Positions 29,015 through 38,998 of a DNA stretch of 64,000 nucleotides are shown here, one piece after another (the first letter of the stretch is position 1; every line of letters starts with the position of its first letter). Where the stretch lies: assembly GCA_963850905.1 (NCBI GenBank), contig CAWKMU010000003.1, positions 2,912,001 to 2,976,000 on the forward strand, written 5' to 3'. The notes beneath the pieces were generated by a model. That model was given only the letters and a program-made list of their open reading frames with translations, ran no database searches and was not told the DNA's origin. The translations under genes and the position numbers were made by a program. The DNA is from an uncultured Gemmatimonadales bacterium. GTDB taxonomy: Bacteria; Gemmatimonadota; Gemmatimonadetes; Gemmatimonadales; Gemmatimonadaceae.

Positions 29015-30023
29015 CTAGACCGGCAGGCGGAAGAGTCGCCGTGCATTACCCTCGAATATCTTCCGTTTGCTGCTGTCATCCACGTCCATCGCGTGCACCG
29101 CCGCGATTGTCTCGCGGTACACCCGCTCGCCGAGCTGGTTGTCATATGGCGCATCCGTGGCAAAGAGGACATGGTCCGGGCCAAAAAAATCGTAGGCACA
29201 CATGAGCGCTGGCGTGTTGCCCTGAATCGCCGTGTCGCAGTAGAACATGCGGTAGTAGTCGACCGGCGCACGAGTCAAGCGCTGTCCGTCGAAGCGGTAA
29301 CCCATCCGCATTCTCGTTGAAATCCCACGACAGTTGCACGCGTTTATGGAAGTACGGGATCATCCCGCCGGCATGGTGCGTAATGACGCAAAGCGTCGGA
29401 TACTTCTCGAGAACGCCACCAAAGGCGAGGCGTGCCATTGCCATGGACGTCTCATACGGCCAGCCGAAGTTGGTGTAGATGAGGTATCGAGACGTCTGCT
29501 CCCCGGGATAATCGGGTGTGGTGTTCGTGCGGCGGGGGTGCAGGAGAATGGGTAAGTTGTGCGACGCCATCTTCTCGAACAGCGGCAAGAACTCGGGACA
29601 GTCCAGTGGCTTGCCCTGAATGTTGGTGAACACCTCCACGCCCCGGAACCGCAAGTCGTCGAGCGCGCGGTCTGCCTCGGCGAGCGCGGCGTCGACATCG
29701 TTCATGGGCAAACACGCCGCGGCGCCTGCAAACCGGTCGGGATACTTCACCACGAGCTCCGCCATTTCGTCGTTCGCGATCCTGGCGCATGCGACCGCGT
29801 CCGCCGGATCGAGGACGCTCTCGACATTCGGACCGGCGATCGTGATCAGCTGCACGACGTCAGGGTACTTATCCATCGCTCGAAACCGTGCGTCGAGATC
29901 CGTGAGGCCCGGATTCGCGTGGAAGTATTTGCCATACTGGTTCGCCAGGCGGTTGCCGGCGCGCGCGTTCCGCTCCTTCAGATATCGCGGAGGCAGCACG
30001 TGACTGAAGACGTCAATGATCAT
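29015..30023 (-). pseudogene. Amidohydrolase_2 family protein with a +1 frameshift near 29312
   Basis: IDVFSH, ILLHP and HHAGG lie in one frame; FYCDTA and VLFATDAPY lie in another. Removing one A restores FNE-MRMGY. Confidence 0.8.
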
Positions 30024-30074
30024 GACTCTGCGACCCTCGAAGCCAAGGGAAGGACCGCTCGTGTCGTGCAACCA

Positions 30075-31451
30075 ATGTATAGCAACGCGCCAACGCAACC
30101 GCACGGTGCGGTCTCGGGGCCGACAGGCGGTGTGCAGCTTGCTCGGGCATTGCGTTTCACCAATGCGACGGCGCTTGTCGTCGGCACGATCATCGGGGCA
30201 TCGGTCTTTGTCCAGGCGTCGGAGATCACGGCGCTCGTACCGAGCATTCCGATCATCCTCTTGGCGTGGACTGTCGCCGGAATCCTGACGCTCTTCGGGG
30301 CGCTAGTGTGTGCCGAGTTGGCCACGGCGTTTCCGCGCGCGGGCGGGGTCTATGTCTTCTTGCGAGAGACCTTCGGCCCGTTGGCTGGTTTTCTCTGGGG
30401 CTGGTCGATGTTCTGGATCATGCATTCCGGGATCATTGCCGTCATGGCCATGGTGTTCGCCCGGTACATAGGCTTTTTCACGCCGCTCGATGATCGGGGG
30501 ATTCGAGCCGTGGCGATTGGGACGATCCTCGTGATCTCGGGGATCAACTATTTCGGCGTGAAGTTCGGGGGTAGGCTCCAGACGATGTTCACGGTCGGCA
30601 AGGTGCTGGCGATCGTGCTCCTGCTGGTCATCGGATTCACCGTCGGGTCGCACCTGCCCGCGCATTTCAGATATGCCGAGCCTGGGTCCACGTTCACGGC
30701 TGCCCCGGTCACCGGGGAAGGCTTTCTGTTGGCCTTGATCGCGGGTTTGTTCACGTTCGGTGGCTGGCACATCGTGACATACACTGCCGAGGAAACCATC
30801 GATCCGGAACGAACGATTCCGCGGGCGTTGATGATCGGCATTGGGGTGGCGACGGTCTGCTATGTCGCCCTCAACGCGGTGTACTTCTACGTGCTCCCGC
30901 TGGATCGCGTGGCCGCGTCCCCGCGGGTCGCCGCCGATGCGGCGGTCGCGCTGATCGGTAGCCGTGGCGGCGCTGTGATCTCTGGTCTGGTAGCCTTCTC
31001 GGCCTTCGGTGCCATGAGCGGGAGCATTCTCGCAGCGCCGCGGGTGTATTTCGCCATGGCGAGAGATCGCCTGGCGTTCCGCTGGATCGGGCACGTGCAC
31101 CCGCGGTTTCGGACGCCGCACCGTGCGATCGTGCTGCAGGCGGTGTGGGCGAGCGTGCTCGTCTGGACCGGCACGTATCGGCAGTTATTCAGCCGCGTGA
31201 TTTTCATCGAGTGGGCGTTCTTCGCCGTGATGGCAGCAGGCGTGTTCGTCCTCCGTCGGCGCCCAAACTATCGCCCGGCGTACCGGATGTGGGGTTACCC
31301 CTGGGTGCCCGTGGCATTCATCATCGCGTCGGCCGCCATCGTCATCAATCGCTTGCGATCGCAGCCCCTGGATAGCGTGCTCGGTTTGGCACTGGTGGCG
31401 CTTGGCGTGCCGGTCTATCTCGCCTGGCGGCAGCGTCGTCCCGAGGGGTGA
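30075..31451 (+). CDS. APC-family amino acid permease
   Basis: VVGTIIGASVF, AELATAFPRAGGVYVFL, GGW, EETIDPERTIPRA, PRVYFAMARD. Confidence 0.92.
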   Translation: MYSNAPTQPHGAVSGPTGGVQLARALRFTNATALVVGTIIGASVFVQASEITALVPSIPIILLAWTVAGILTLFGALVCAELATAFPRAGGVYVFLRETFGPLAGFLWGWSMFWIMHSGIIAVMAMVFARYIGFFTPLDDRGIRAVAIGTILVISGINYFGVKFGGRLQTMFTVGKVLAIVLLLVIGFTVGSHLPAHFRYAEPGSTFTAAPVTGEGFLLALIAGLFTFGGWHIVTYTAEETIDPERTIPRALMIGIGVATVCYVALNAVYFYVLPLDRVAASPRVAADAAVALIGSRGGAVISGLVAFSAFGAMSGSILAAPRVYFAMARDRLAFRWIGHVHPRFRTPHRAIVLQAVWASVLVWTGTYRQLFSRVIFIEWAFFAVMAAGVFVLRRRPNYRPAYRMWGYPWVPVAFIIASAAIVINRLRSQPLDSVLGLALVALGVPVYLAWRQRRPEG

Positions 31452-31694
31452 TCGTAGGGGACCGGGAGGGGACGGACTCGCGCTCAGCGGTCGATAGCCC
31501 GACTCCGATGCCGCCCACCGATCGGGGTGTCCGGCGCCGCAGCGGTCTAAGGCCTCAAGCCCCGGGTAGCGAGAAGCGGGTAGCCGCAGTGGAGCGGGAC
31601 TCGAATCGGTCCGGATATATCGCGGACGCGCGCAGCGGAGGACTTCGCTCAACGCGCCTGATGCGGTAGCGTTATTTTGCAACTGTTCGACCAA

Positions 31695-31781
31695 GGACGG
31701 GTGGCCGAGTGGTTTAAGGCGCACGCCTGGAAAGCGTGTGGGGCCGAAAGGCTCTCGTGAGTTCGAATCTCACTCCGTCCG
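31695..31781 (+). tRNA. tRNA-Ser(GGA)
   Basis: Acceptor ggacggg/tccgtcc, anticodon arm cacgc-ctGGAaa-gcgtg, long variable arm, T loop. Confidence 0.96.
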
Positions 31782-31800
31782 TGTAGTAACCGCTTGTGTT

Positions 31801-31838
31801 AAGGCCCGTTGACGCTTCCCTCGTCGGCGGGCTTTTTC
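31801..31838 (+). terminator. Intrinsic terminator after tRNA-Ser(GGA)
   Basis: gcccgttgacg/cgtcggcgggc stem followed by TTTTT. Confidence 0.7.
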
Positions 31839-31985
31839 ACGCGCTGGCGCGCGTGGTGTGGATTGGGGGTTGCGCTTTCATATCAGCTTGCGGCATCAGT
31901 TGCGTCGGACACCATCATGGCGCGTATGATGGCGACACTCTCTGATTCGAGGACCGCGCCCATGCTTGCCTCCTTCGGCCGTACC

Positions 31986-33389
31986 ATGCGGGTCCGTGAT
32001 TTGGTAACGCTCATCGCGACGACGATCGGCGCGGTGCTAGCCAGTGTGGGGTGCAGCTCCCACAGCGCGATTGGCCCCCCGTCGACGGGCAGCCTCACGG
32101 TCACGATCACTCAGCCTCCTCTTCCTGGGGTATCGGCCGACGTAAATGTGTTCGCGCCGGGTTCCCATACCGGTCTGCTGCTGGTCGCCACGGGCACGCT
32201 CACCGGTCTCGCCGCTGGCAACTACACGGTGACTGTGAACCCGGTGTGGAACGGCGACCCCATCGTCAACACGGTCTATCCGGGGAGCATTTCGGGGAGC
32301 CCTGCCTCCGTGACCGCCAACGACACGGCGAAGGCGAGCGTTACCTACCCCCCGCAGGCGGGCACGGGGGGCCTGTGGGTCGCGAATTCCGGATCGCCCG
32401 AAGGCCTGGACCGATACTCGTCGGCTCAACTCTCCAGGTCCGCGGCCGTTGCTTCAACGACCTCGCTCGGGACTGGCGATCCCCGGCCCTTTGGCGTTGC
32501 GTTTGACATCAGCGGCAATCTCTGGGTCGCGCTCGCTCACGGCAGTCGCGTCGCAGAATACGCCGTCAGTCAGCTGTCTGCCACCAATCTCACCGGCACG
32601 GCCGCCGTCATCCTGAGCGCGAACGCGGGCTCCTTAAGCCAGCCTGCGGGGATCGCCTTCGATGGCAACGGCAATCTGTGGGTCGCCAACGCGGCTGCCA
32701 ACACCGTGGTCGAGTTCTCAGCCAGCCAGCTCGCCGCGGGTGGAACCCCGACTCCAGCCGTCACCATCGGGGCATCGGCGGGGTCCCTGGATGGGCCCCT
32801 CGGCCTTGCCTTCGACTTCGGCAACAATCTGTGGGTTGCAAATGCGAACGCCGGCACCGTGGTGGAATTCGCCACCGGCCAGTTGGCCGCGAGCGGAACT
32901 CCCACACCCACGGTCACCCTGAGTGCCACCGCGGGCTCGATCGTTGGCCCGATCGGGATCGCGTTCGACGCCGGCGGCGACCTCTGGGTTGCCAACAGCA
33001 ACACCGGACATAACACGGTCGTCATGTTCGCCGCGGGTCAGCTCACCGGGAGCGGCGCGCCGATCCCGTCCGTCGTGCTGAGCGCGAACGCCGGCTCGCT
33101 CGCCTCGCCGGCCGGCCTCGCTTTCGACAACAGCCAGAATCTCTGGGTCGCCAACGCTGCTGCGCCCACAGTGGTCGAGTTCACCCCCGGCCAGCTCGCG
33201 TCGAGCGGGAATCCTGCGCCCAATGTCGTCGTCAGGACCCGCGCCAACTCGCTGGGCCTGCCGGTCGGAGTCGCGTTTGATTCGTACCCGGCGAATCTCC
33301 CAATGAGTCAGTGCATTCCCCCGCCCAACGACCCGTGGGACGACTACTGCCCGACGGCCAGCGGGACAACTAGAGTGAGGAAGCGTTAG
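31986..33389 (+). CDS. Lipoprotein with NHL-like beta-propeller repeats
   Basis: Lipobox SVGC; five to six repeats of about 49 aa, PxG(I/L)AFDxxGNLWVAN..TVVEF..QL. Confidence 0.85.
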   Translation: MRVRDLVTLIATTIGAVLASVGCSSHSAIGPPSTGSLTVTITQPPLPGVSADVNVFAPGSHTGLLLVATGTLTGLAAGNYTVTVNPVWNGDPIVNTVYPGSISGSPASVTANDTAKASVTYPPQAGTGGLWVANSGSPEGLDRYSSAQLSRSAAVASTTSLGTGDPRPFGVAFDISGNLWVALAHGSRVAEYAVSQLSATNLTGTAAVILSANAGSLSQPAGIAFDGNGNLWVANAAANTVVEFSASQLAAGGTPTPAVTIGASAGSLDGPLGLAFDFGNNLWVANANAGTVVEFATGQLAASGTPTPTVTLSATAGSIVGPIGIAFDAGGDLWVANSNTGHNTVVMFAAGQLTGSGAPIPSVVLSANAGSLASPAGLAFDNSQNLWVANAAAPTVVEFTPGQLASSGNPAPNVVVRTRANSLGLPVGVAFDSYPANLPMSQCIPPPNDPWDDYCPTASGTTRVRKR

Positions 33390-33977
33390 CGTTTGATCCG
33401 CACGGGGCGAAGGTTCCGCTGAAGCCATAGCGTCGCGGCACACCGTCTGACATGGGTGCCGGAGAAATCACGTGGACTGACCCACCTCGATGAGGTGGCC
33501 GTCAGGATCACGAATGTAGCAGCGGATTTCGTCCCGAGCGCGCCACGTCCCTGGAGACGATGAAATAGGCAAGCGCGATGCCTTTCTTGGGCGCTGGGAA
33601 TCCTGCCTTCTCGCTCTCCACTGCTTCAGGTCTCACGGTCGATGCTCCGTAACGTCGGTTGGTTTTCTTGTGGGGCTTCGGCCAACGCGCGACGCTGGGC
33701 CGCACGTCCCATGCCGAGCGCGACCTGCTCTGAGCGGTTTGATACGGCTCATGAGCCCGCGGCAAAAAACAAAAGAGTTGAAGGAGTGTGAAAAGTGGTT
33801 CCGTTTGTAGCTCCCTTTATTCCTACGACCCTGCGGAGGCCGGTCGGCGCGTCGTGCTCGTCGATTTCGATATAAGTCCAGGGTCTTAATTCAAGGACCA
33901 GCACCGAACCGCGAATGCGGCCGGAATCATGCGCATCTCAACTGGGCCTTTGAGAACTCATAATCCTGCGAGGATGC

Positions 33978-34740
33978 ATGTCCACTGCCACCGCTCCTGT
34001 ATCCACTCGGCGAGACCCGGAACTGCTCGGCCAGACGGTCGTCGTCATCGGTGCCAGCGCGGGCATCGGGCTCGAGACCGCCCGGCGAGCTCGCGCGGAA
34101 GGCGCCAGCGTCATCCTCACCGCGCGCAATCGCGCGCGCCTTGAGGACGTAGCGCACGAACTCGACGCGGAGCGGATCGCGGCTTTCGACGCCAGCGATC
34201 GGGCCTCCCTACAGTCGTTCTTCCAAGATCTCCCAGCCCCGATCGATCACGTGATGGTCACCGCAGGTGCTCCGCATTACGGGCCGCCCCTCGAAATGCC
34301 CGTGGAGGAGGCGCGACACGACCTCTCCGACCGCGCGTTGCTGGCCCTTGGGGTCGCACGCAGCGCTGCCGGCAAGGTCAAGCCTGCCGGCTCGCTGGTA
34401 TTCATGGTCGGCGCGGGCGCGCGCCGTCCACAACGGGGGCTCGCAATCGCCTCGACTGTCGAGGTAGCGTTCCCAACGCTCATCGCTAATCTCGCGCTGG
34501 AGCTTGCGCCGATCCGCGTCAATCTGATTGCAGCAGGCTTCGTTGATACAGGCCTCTCGGCGTCAATCCTCGGCGACGCCCTCGAGAAGCGGCGCGAAGA
34601 GCTGCGCACGAGACTGCCCATTCGGCGTGTCGTCGAGCCGACGGACGTGGCCGCGCTAGCGGTTCACATCATGAGCAACACGGCACTCACGGGTGCGACG
34701 TATGACATTCGACGGTGGCGAGCAGCTCGTCTTTTGCTGA
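33978..34740 (+). CDS. Short-chain dehydrogenase/reductase with an apparent +1 frameshift near 34709
   Basis: VIGASAGIG, LALELAPIRVNLIAAG; removing one base gives the canonical end GATYDIDGGEQLVFC-stop. Confidence 0.82.
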
Positions 34741-34809
34741 ACTGCTCGGACGGCGTGTCCGGGACTTGATAACAGGCGAGTATGGTCGCCGGACTCTTCC
34801 GATTCACCC

Positions 34810-35388
34810 CTATGTCGTTTTTGGTTTCGGCCTCGCCGTCGGCGGAAGGATCCCGTTCATCCGGAGATACATCGAAAGCTGGGCATAGTGGTCTTGCCAG
34901 TCCATGGGAAGCACAATCAGGGCGCGGGCCCGGGAGGCTTTTGAATTCGGCCCACCGAACCAGGGCACCTGTTCATCGAGCTTCGAATCGTCCACGTTCG
35001 CGAGCGCGGTGGCGCAATACTCGAATGAGCGCTTGAGGTGAGCCGACGCTTTGGGTCCGTAGCTCAGCCATCCCGCTTCGGTGGTGTCGTTAGGCCCAGG
35101 TTTGGGCTCGATGGGTGGCTTGGTCCCGGAGACCCATGAGCAGACGAGTTCGTTGAACTCCGCCGAATGTACCAACACGCCGCCGAAGCTGAGCTGCGCG
35201 GGCGTGGGCCGGTATCCCAGTTTGGTAACCGGCATGTCGTCACCAGCCGCGACCAGATTCACCGACAGCCGCTGCATGAAGGTGCGGACCGCGTCCGCCA
35301 CTGGCGCACCCGAAGGTGTCGCTTGCTGCGCCGACAGGGGAGACACCGTCAGCCCGATCAGCACTGCCACGGAGAACCCTCGCATCAT
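34810..35388 (-). CDS. Secreted DinB family protein
   Basis: RBS aggagg, signal peptide (LSA-Q), YRPTPAQLSFG..H, DHYAQLSMYLRMNGILPP. Confidence 0.85.
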   Translation of the reverse strand: MMRGFSVAVLIGLTVSPLSAQQATPSGAPVADAVRTFMQRLSVNLVAAGDDMPVTKLGYRPTPAQLSFGGVLVHSAEFNELVCSWVSGTKPPIEPKPGPNDTTEAGWLSYGPKASAHLKRSFEYCATALANVDDSKLDEQVPWFGGPNSKASRARALIVLPMDWQDHYAQLSMYLRMNGILPPTARPKPKTT

Positions 35389-35565
35389 TCCTCCTGTAAG
35401 GTTTCGATGAGGTCGATTTCTATCAAAGCACATCGAAGTACCATTAGAACCGTTCATCGGCTGGCGACGTTGCCGCGCGTCTGGCAACGCGCCGGGCTCA
35501 AGCCAGTGAGAGAATCGATGCTTGATCATCATGCGGTCTATGAAGCGCTGATTGGCGATTGGCCG

Positions 35566-36018
35566 CTACGTTGGCCGCACTGCGATGAGGTCGATTTCTA
35601 TCAAGGCGCCACGCCGAGCAGCGGGGAGGACCACCTGCAGTAACGTGTGTGCGGGCTTGTTGGGTTGATCCGTGCCGAAGAATTCGGCATACCCGGCTGA
35701 ATATCCGTCACGCCCGGCTTCGCTCCCGATGTAGGCATGAATCATCACCACGTCGCCCAGCGTCAGCTTCTGCGATTCGAGGAACTTTTGAAGGTCCTTG
35801 TAAACACCCACGGTTTGTGACTTCACATCGGTGTGTGTCTCCAGGTCCGGGTCGAGCCACCCACTCACAAACAGCAGGTTTCCGGCCCATACCGCGCCTG
35901 ACATATTTGGAAGGACACCCTGCGCCGCCGGGAGCGGAATTTGTTTGCTTTCCTGCGCCGAAGCCGTCAGGGGACCGATCAGCACGACTGCCAAAATGGA
36001 AAGGTGCTTGATCCTCAT
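35566..36018 (-). CDS. RidA/YjgF-family protein with signal peptide (paralog B)
   Basis: LFVSG, LGDVV, KPAHT, ALIEIDLIAV. Confidence 0.85.
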   Translation of the reverse strand: MRIKHLSILAVVLIGPLTASAQESKQIPLPAAQGVLPNMSGAVWAGNLLFVSGWLDPDLETHTDVKSQTVGVYKDLQKFLESQKLTLGDVVMIHAYIGSEAGRDGYSAGYAEFFGTDQPNKPAHTLLQVVLPAARRGALIEIDLIAVRPT

Positions 36019-36205
36019 ACAGTCTCCAAAAGGGGAAGATGCTCGATTATCGTGTGATCCAGAGCTACTCGCGTGGGTGCACGCCTTGATTCGTCGGGCG
36101 GAGCTCTTTCGATGTCCGTTGATCAGGATGCGTGTGCCCTCATTGCGACAAGCCCTTGCTATGTGATTCTCGGCTGCTATGAAGGGCGGATTTCCAATTG
36201 GCCGA

Positions 36206-36688
36206 CTACATCGGACGCACTGCGACTAGGTCGACTTCTATTAGTGCGCCGCGAGACGCAGCGGGGAGCACCACCTGCACTGTGGTGCGGGCTGGCTTGC
36301 TCGGTTGGTCCTTGGTGCCAAAGAACTGGGTATATCCGGCCATCATTCCGGCGAAATCCGGCTTGCCACCTGTCGCAGGATTGTTCCCGAGGAACACGCG
36401 CACCATGGCCACATCACCCATCGTCAGCTTCTGCGACTCCAGGAGCTTTTGGATGTCCTTGAAGATGCCTACGGTCTGTGACTTGGTGTCGGTGTCTGCC
36501 TTCATGTCCGGGTCGAGCCATCCACTGACATACAGCGTACTGCCGGCCCATGCAGCCGCGGAAATTGGAAGGTCAGCATTCGTGGGGTTTTGACTCGGCG
36601 GCAGCGGAATCTGTTTTGCTGTTTGCGCTGAAGCTGTCAGGGAACCTGTGAGTGCGACTGCCACGAGAAGGAGCTGCTTGATCATCAT
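36206..36688 (-). CDS. RidA/YjgF-family protein with signal peptide (paralog A)
   Basis: LYVSG, MGDVAMVRVFL, KPARTTVQV, ALIEVDLVAV. Confidence 0.88.
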   Translation of the reverse strand: MMIKQLLLVAVALTGSLTASAQTAKQIPLPPSQNPTNADLPISAAAWAGSTLYVSGWLDPDMKADTDTKSQTVGIFKDIQKLLESQKLTMGDVAMVRVFLGNNPATGGKPDFAGMMAGYTQFFGTKDQPSKPARTTVQVVLPAASRGALIEVDLVAVRPM

Positions 36689-36783
36689 GCCGTCTCCAAA
36701 AACGAGAAGATGCGTGGTTCATCGTGTGGTCAATGTAGAATTGGAACGGCATGGAGAAAGGACGGTCCGCGCACATTAGAGGA

Positions 36784-36801
36784 TTGTCATCTTCCTCTCA
36801 T
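36784..36801. promoter_or_regulatory. 7-4-7 direct repeat, candidate OmpR/PhoB-family binding site
   Basis: ttgtcat-cttc-ctctcat in the divergent ridA/response regulator intergenic region. Confidence 0.4.
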
Positions 36802-36845
36802 TGTGGCGGGTTGCCGAGCAGAACCACCTGGTCATAGGTTGGAGC

Positions 36846-37520
36846 ATGCAGGTTCTGGTGGTGGAAGATGACCGCAACTTGCGGCGGTTTTTGAGCAAAG
36901 CCCTCCGAGAAGAGGGCTTTGGCGCGGTCGAGGTCGAGTCGGGTGATCGCGCATTAGATCGCGCTCTCGACGCGAGCTATAGCTGCATCATCCTCGACGT
37001 CATGCTGCCTGGTCGCGACGGATTCCACGTCGTGACTGAGCTCCGGTCGCGGCGCGTGTTCACGCCGGTCCTCATGCTGACCGCGAGGGACGAATTGGAG
37101 TCACGCGTGCGAGGCCTGGAGGCCGGGGCAGACGATTACCTGACCAAGCCGTTCGACTTGGCGGAGCTACTCGCGCGGGTGCACGCCTTGATTCGTCGCG
37201 CTGAGCTCCACCACCAGGATGCGACGCTGAGCGTCGGGAACCTGATACTGGATCCGCTGACCCGGCGAGTCACGCAAGGCGGGCGGCGGGTAGACCTGAG
37301 CGCGAGAGAGTTCGCCTTGTTGGAGTTCCTGATGCGGAACGCAGGCCGCACGGTCTCTCGGTCTCGCATCGCCGAGGCAGTCTGGAACTACCAGTTCGAC
37401 CCTGAAACCAACGTCGTAGATGTGTACGTGAATTATCTTCGCAAGAAGCTCTCCTTCGAAAAGCGGACCACGGCGATCCAAACGGTGCGGGGCACCGGCT
37501 ACCGGCTCGAGGCGCGGTGA
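36846..37520 (+). CDS. OmpR-family response regulator
   Basis: VVEDD, ILDVMLPG, MLTAR, GADDYLTKPF, NVVDVYVNYLRKK, TVRGTGY. Confidence 0.95.
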   Translation: MQVLVVEDDRNLRRFLSKALREEGFGAVEVESGDRALDRALDASYSCIILDVMLPGRDGFHVVTELRSRRVFTPVLMLTARDELESRVRGLEAGADDYLTKPFDLAELLARVHALIRRAELHHQDATLSVGNLILDPLTRRVTQGGRRVDLSAREFALLEFLMRNAGRTVSRSRIAEAVWNYQFDPETNVVDVYVNYLRKKLSFEKRTTAIQTVRGTGYRLEAR

Positions 37521-38926
37521 CCGAGCCGCGTCTCGCCACCGTCCTCACGAAGCGCACGCAACGCGTCACGTGGACCGCCCTCACAGGGTTCGCGCTCCTC
37601 GTGGTCGTGGCGTTTGCCGTCGCGGGTGAGGTCGCACTGCAGCGCTCCCTGCAGCATTCCGCCAGCGTTATTCAATCACTCTTGAGAGCCTACACCGACT
37701 CCACGCGCGGACCCGGTGGCGTCATGCCCGCTGCGCTGGCCGACCGGCTCCTGAGCATGGGGGGACAGGTTCTGATCACCCGAACGACCACCGAGCCTGG
37801 CGGCATGGCCCAGGTCTACTATGTGAGCCCGGGAATGCCGGAGAAACGCGTGGAAGACCTGCCCGGAAGCGCCTCGCCCGAGCAGGTCCGGCAAATCCTG
37901 CTTGACGCCATCACGCGGCGGTCACGGTGGCGGTTCGCCGTGCTTCAGCGAGCGCGCGATCCCTTCGACGTCTACGTTGTCGCAAGCCGTGATCCCTATC
38001 TCATCGGGCTTGCGGCGCTGGTAGGTGTGGTTGCCCTGCTGCTTCCGCTCGCAGCGCTCAGCGCCGGCCGCGGCGCGCGCCAGGCTGTGGCCGCGACGCT
38101 TGGCCCCCTCGAGCAGATAACGGCGGACACGCAGGCAATAAGCCCAGCGGAGCTTGGTACCAGGATCGCGAGTCCCACGGGCCAGGCCGAGGTGACGGCA
38201 CTGGCTGACAGCATTAACCGGATGCTGGACCGCGTCGACCGCGCCCATCGGGCGCTCAAAGCGTTCACGGCCGACGCCAGCCACGAGCTCCGCACGCCGC
38301 TCACGCTCGTGCGCGCTCAGGCGCAGTGGGCTCTGGCCCACCAGCAGCAAGAGACGGAAGTGCGGGACGCGCTGATGGCCATCGAGCGGGAGGTTGAACG
38401 GACCACCAAGATGGTGGAGGAACTCTTGCTCATCGCCCGGGGCGAGAATCGACAATTGGCACTCGCGCGCGTTCCGTTCGACCTCAGAACCGTCGTCGAC
38501 GAGGTCAAAGAGATCACCGAGGCCATGGCGTTCGACAAAAGCCTTGCGGTGCGCGTCGAGCCGGCTGAACCGGCGTGGGCCTTGGGAGATGCCGACCGCA
38601 CCCGGCACATCCTATTGAATGTTGCCACCAACGCGGTGCGCTACACGCCCCAGGGTGGCATTAGCTTCCGTCTCCGGAAGGACGACAGCATGGTCGGCGT
38701 GTCCGTTCAAGACACCGGACCAGGGATAGCGCCTGAACATCTCGAGCTGGTCTTCGACCGATTTTTCCGGGTCGACCAGTCCCGCAGCCGAGAGCTGGGC
38801 GGCACTGGGCTAGGTCTCGCCATCGCCCGACTGCTGGCCGAGCTCCAGCAGGGCCGGGTCATGGTCGAGAGCACGCTCGGAGAGGGAAGCGTGTTCACGC
38901 TCTGGCTCCCCGCATCGACGACCTAG
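37517..38926 (+). CDS. Sensor histidine kinase (2 TM, HAMP, HisKA, HATPase)
   Basis: DASHELRTPL, NAVRYT, DTGPGI, FDRFFR, GTGLGLAI. Confidence 0.95.
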   Translation: MTEPRLATVLTKRTQRVTWTALTGFALLVVVAFAVAGEVALQRSLQHSASVIQSLLRAYTDSTRGPGGVMPAALADRLLSMGGQVLITRTTTEPGGMAQVYYVSPGMPEKRVEDLPGSASPEQVRQILLDAITRRSRWRFAVLQRARDPFDVYVVASRDPYLIGLAALVGVVALLLPLAALSAGRGARQAVAATLGPLEQITADTQAISPAELGTRIASPTGQAEVTALADSINRMLDRVDRAHRALKAFTADASHELRTPLTLVRAQAQWALAHQQQETEVRDALMAIEREVERTTKMVEELLLIARGENRQLALARVPFDLRTVVDEVKEITEAMAFDKSLAVRVEPAEPAWALGDADRTRHILLNVATNAVRYTPQGGISFRLRKDDSMVGVSVQDTGPGIAPEHLELVFDRFFRVDQSRSRELGGTGLGLAIARLLAELQQGRVMVESTLGEGSVFTLWLPASTT

Positions 38927-38998
38927 GTCGCGCACTTCTCGGGACAATGTGGCGTGCGCGCCGGTGGAACTACCGGCGCGCCGCGGTCACGACGCACA

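Noticed and set aside
29300..29330. Programmed ribosomal frameshift in the amidohydrolase
   Set aside because: No slippery heptamer at the junction; a simple 1-nt insertion explains it.
19270..31783. Near-identical 3' ends of the two tRNA-Ser genes as attL/attR of an island
   Set aside because: Both are complete tRNAs with different anticodons and no integrase lies between them, so isoacceptor similarity explains the repeat.
33390..33977. Long intergenic stretch with an AT-richer patch as an ncRNA or small gene
   Set aside because: No recognisable RNA motif or convincing ORF; probably decayed sequence.
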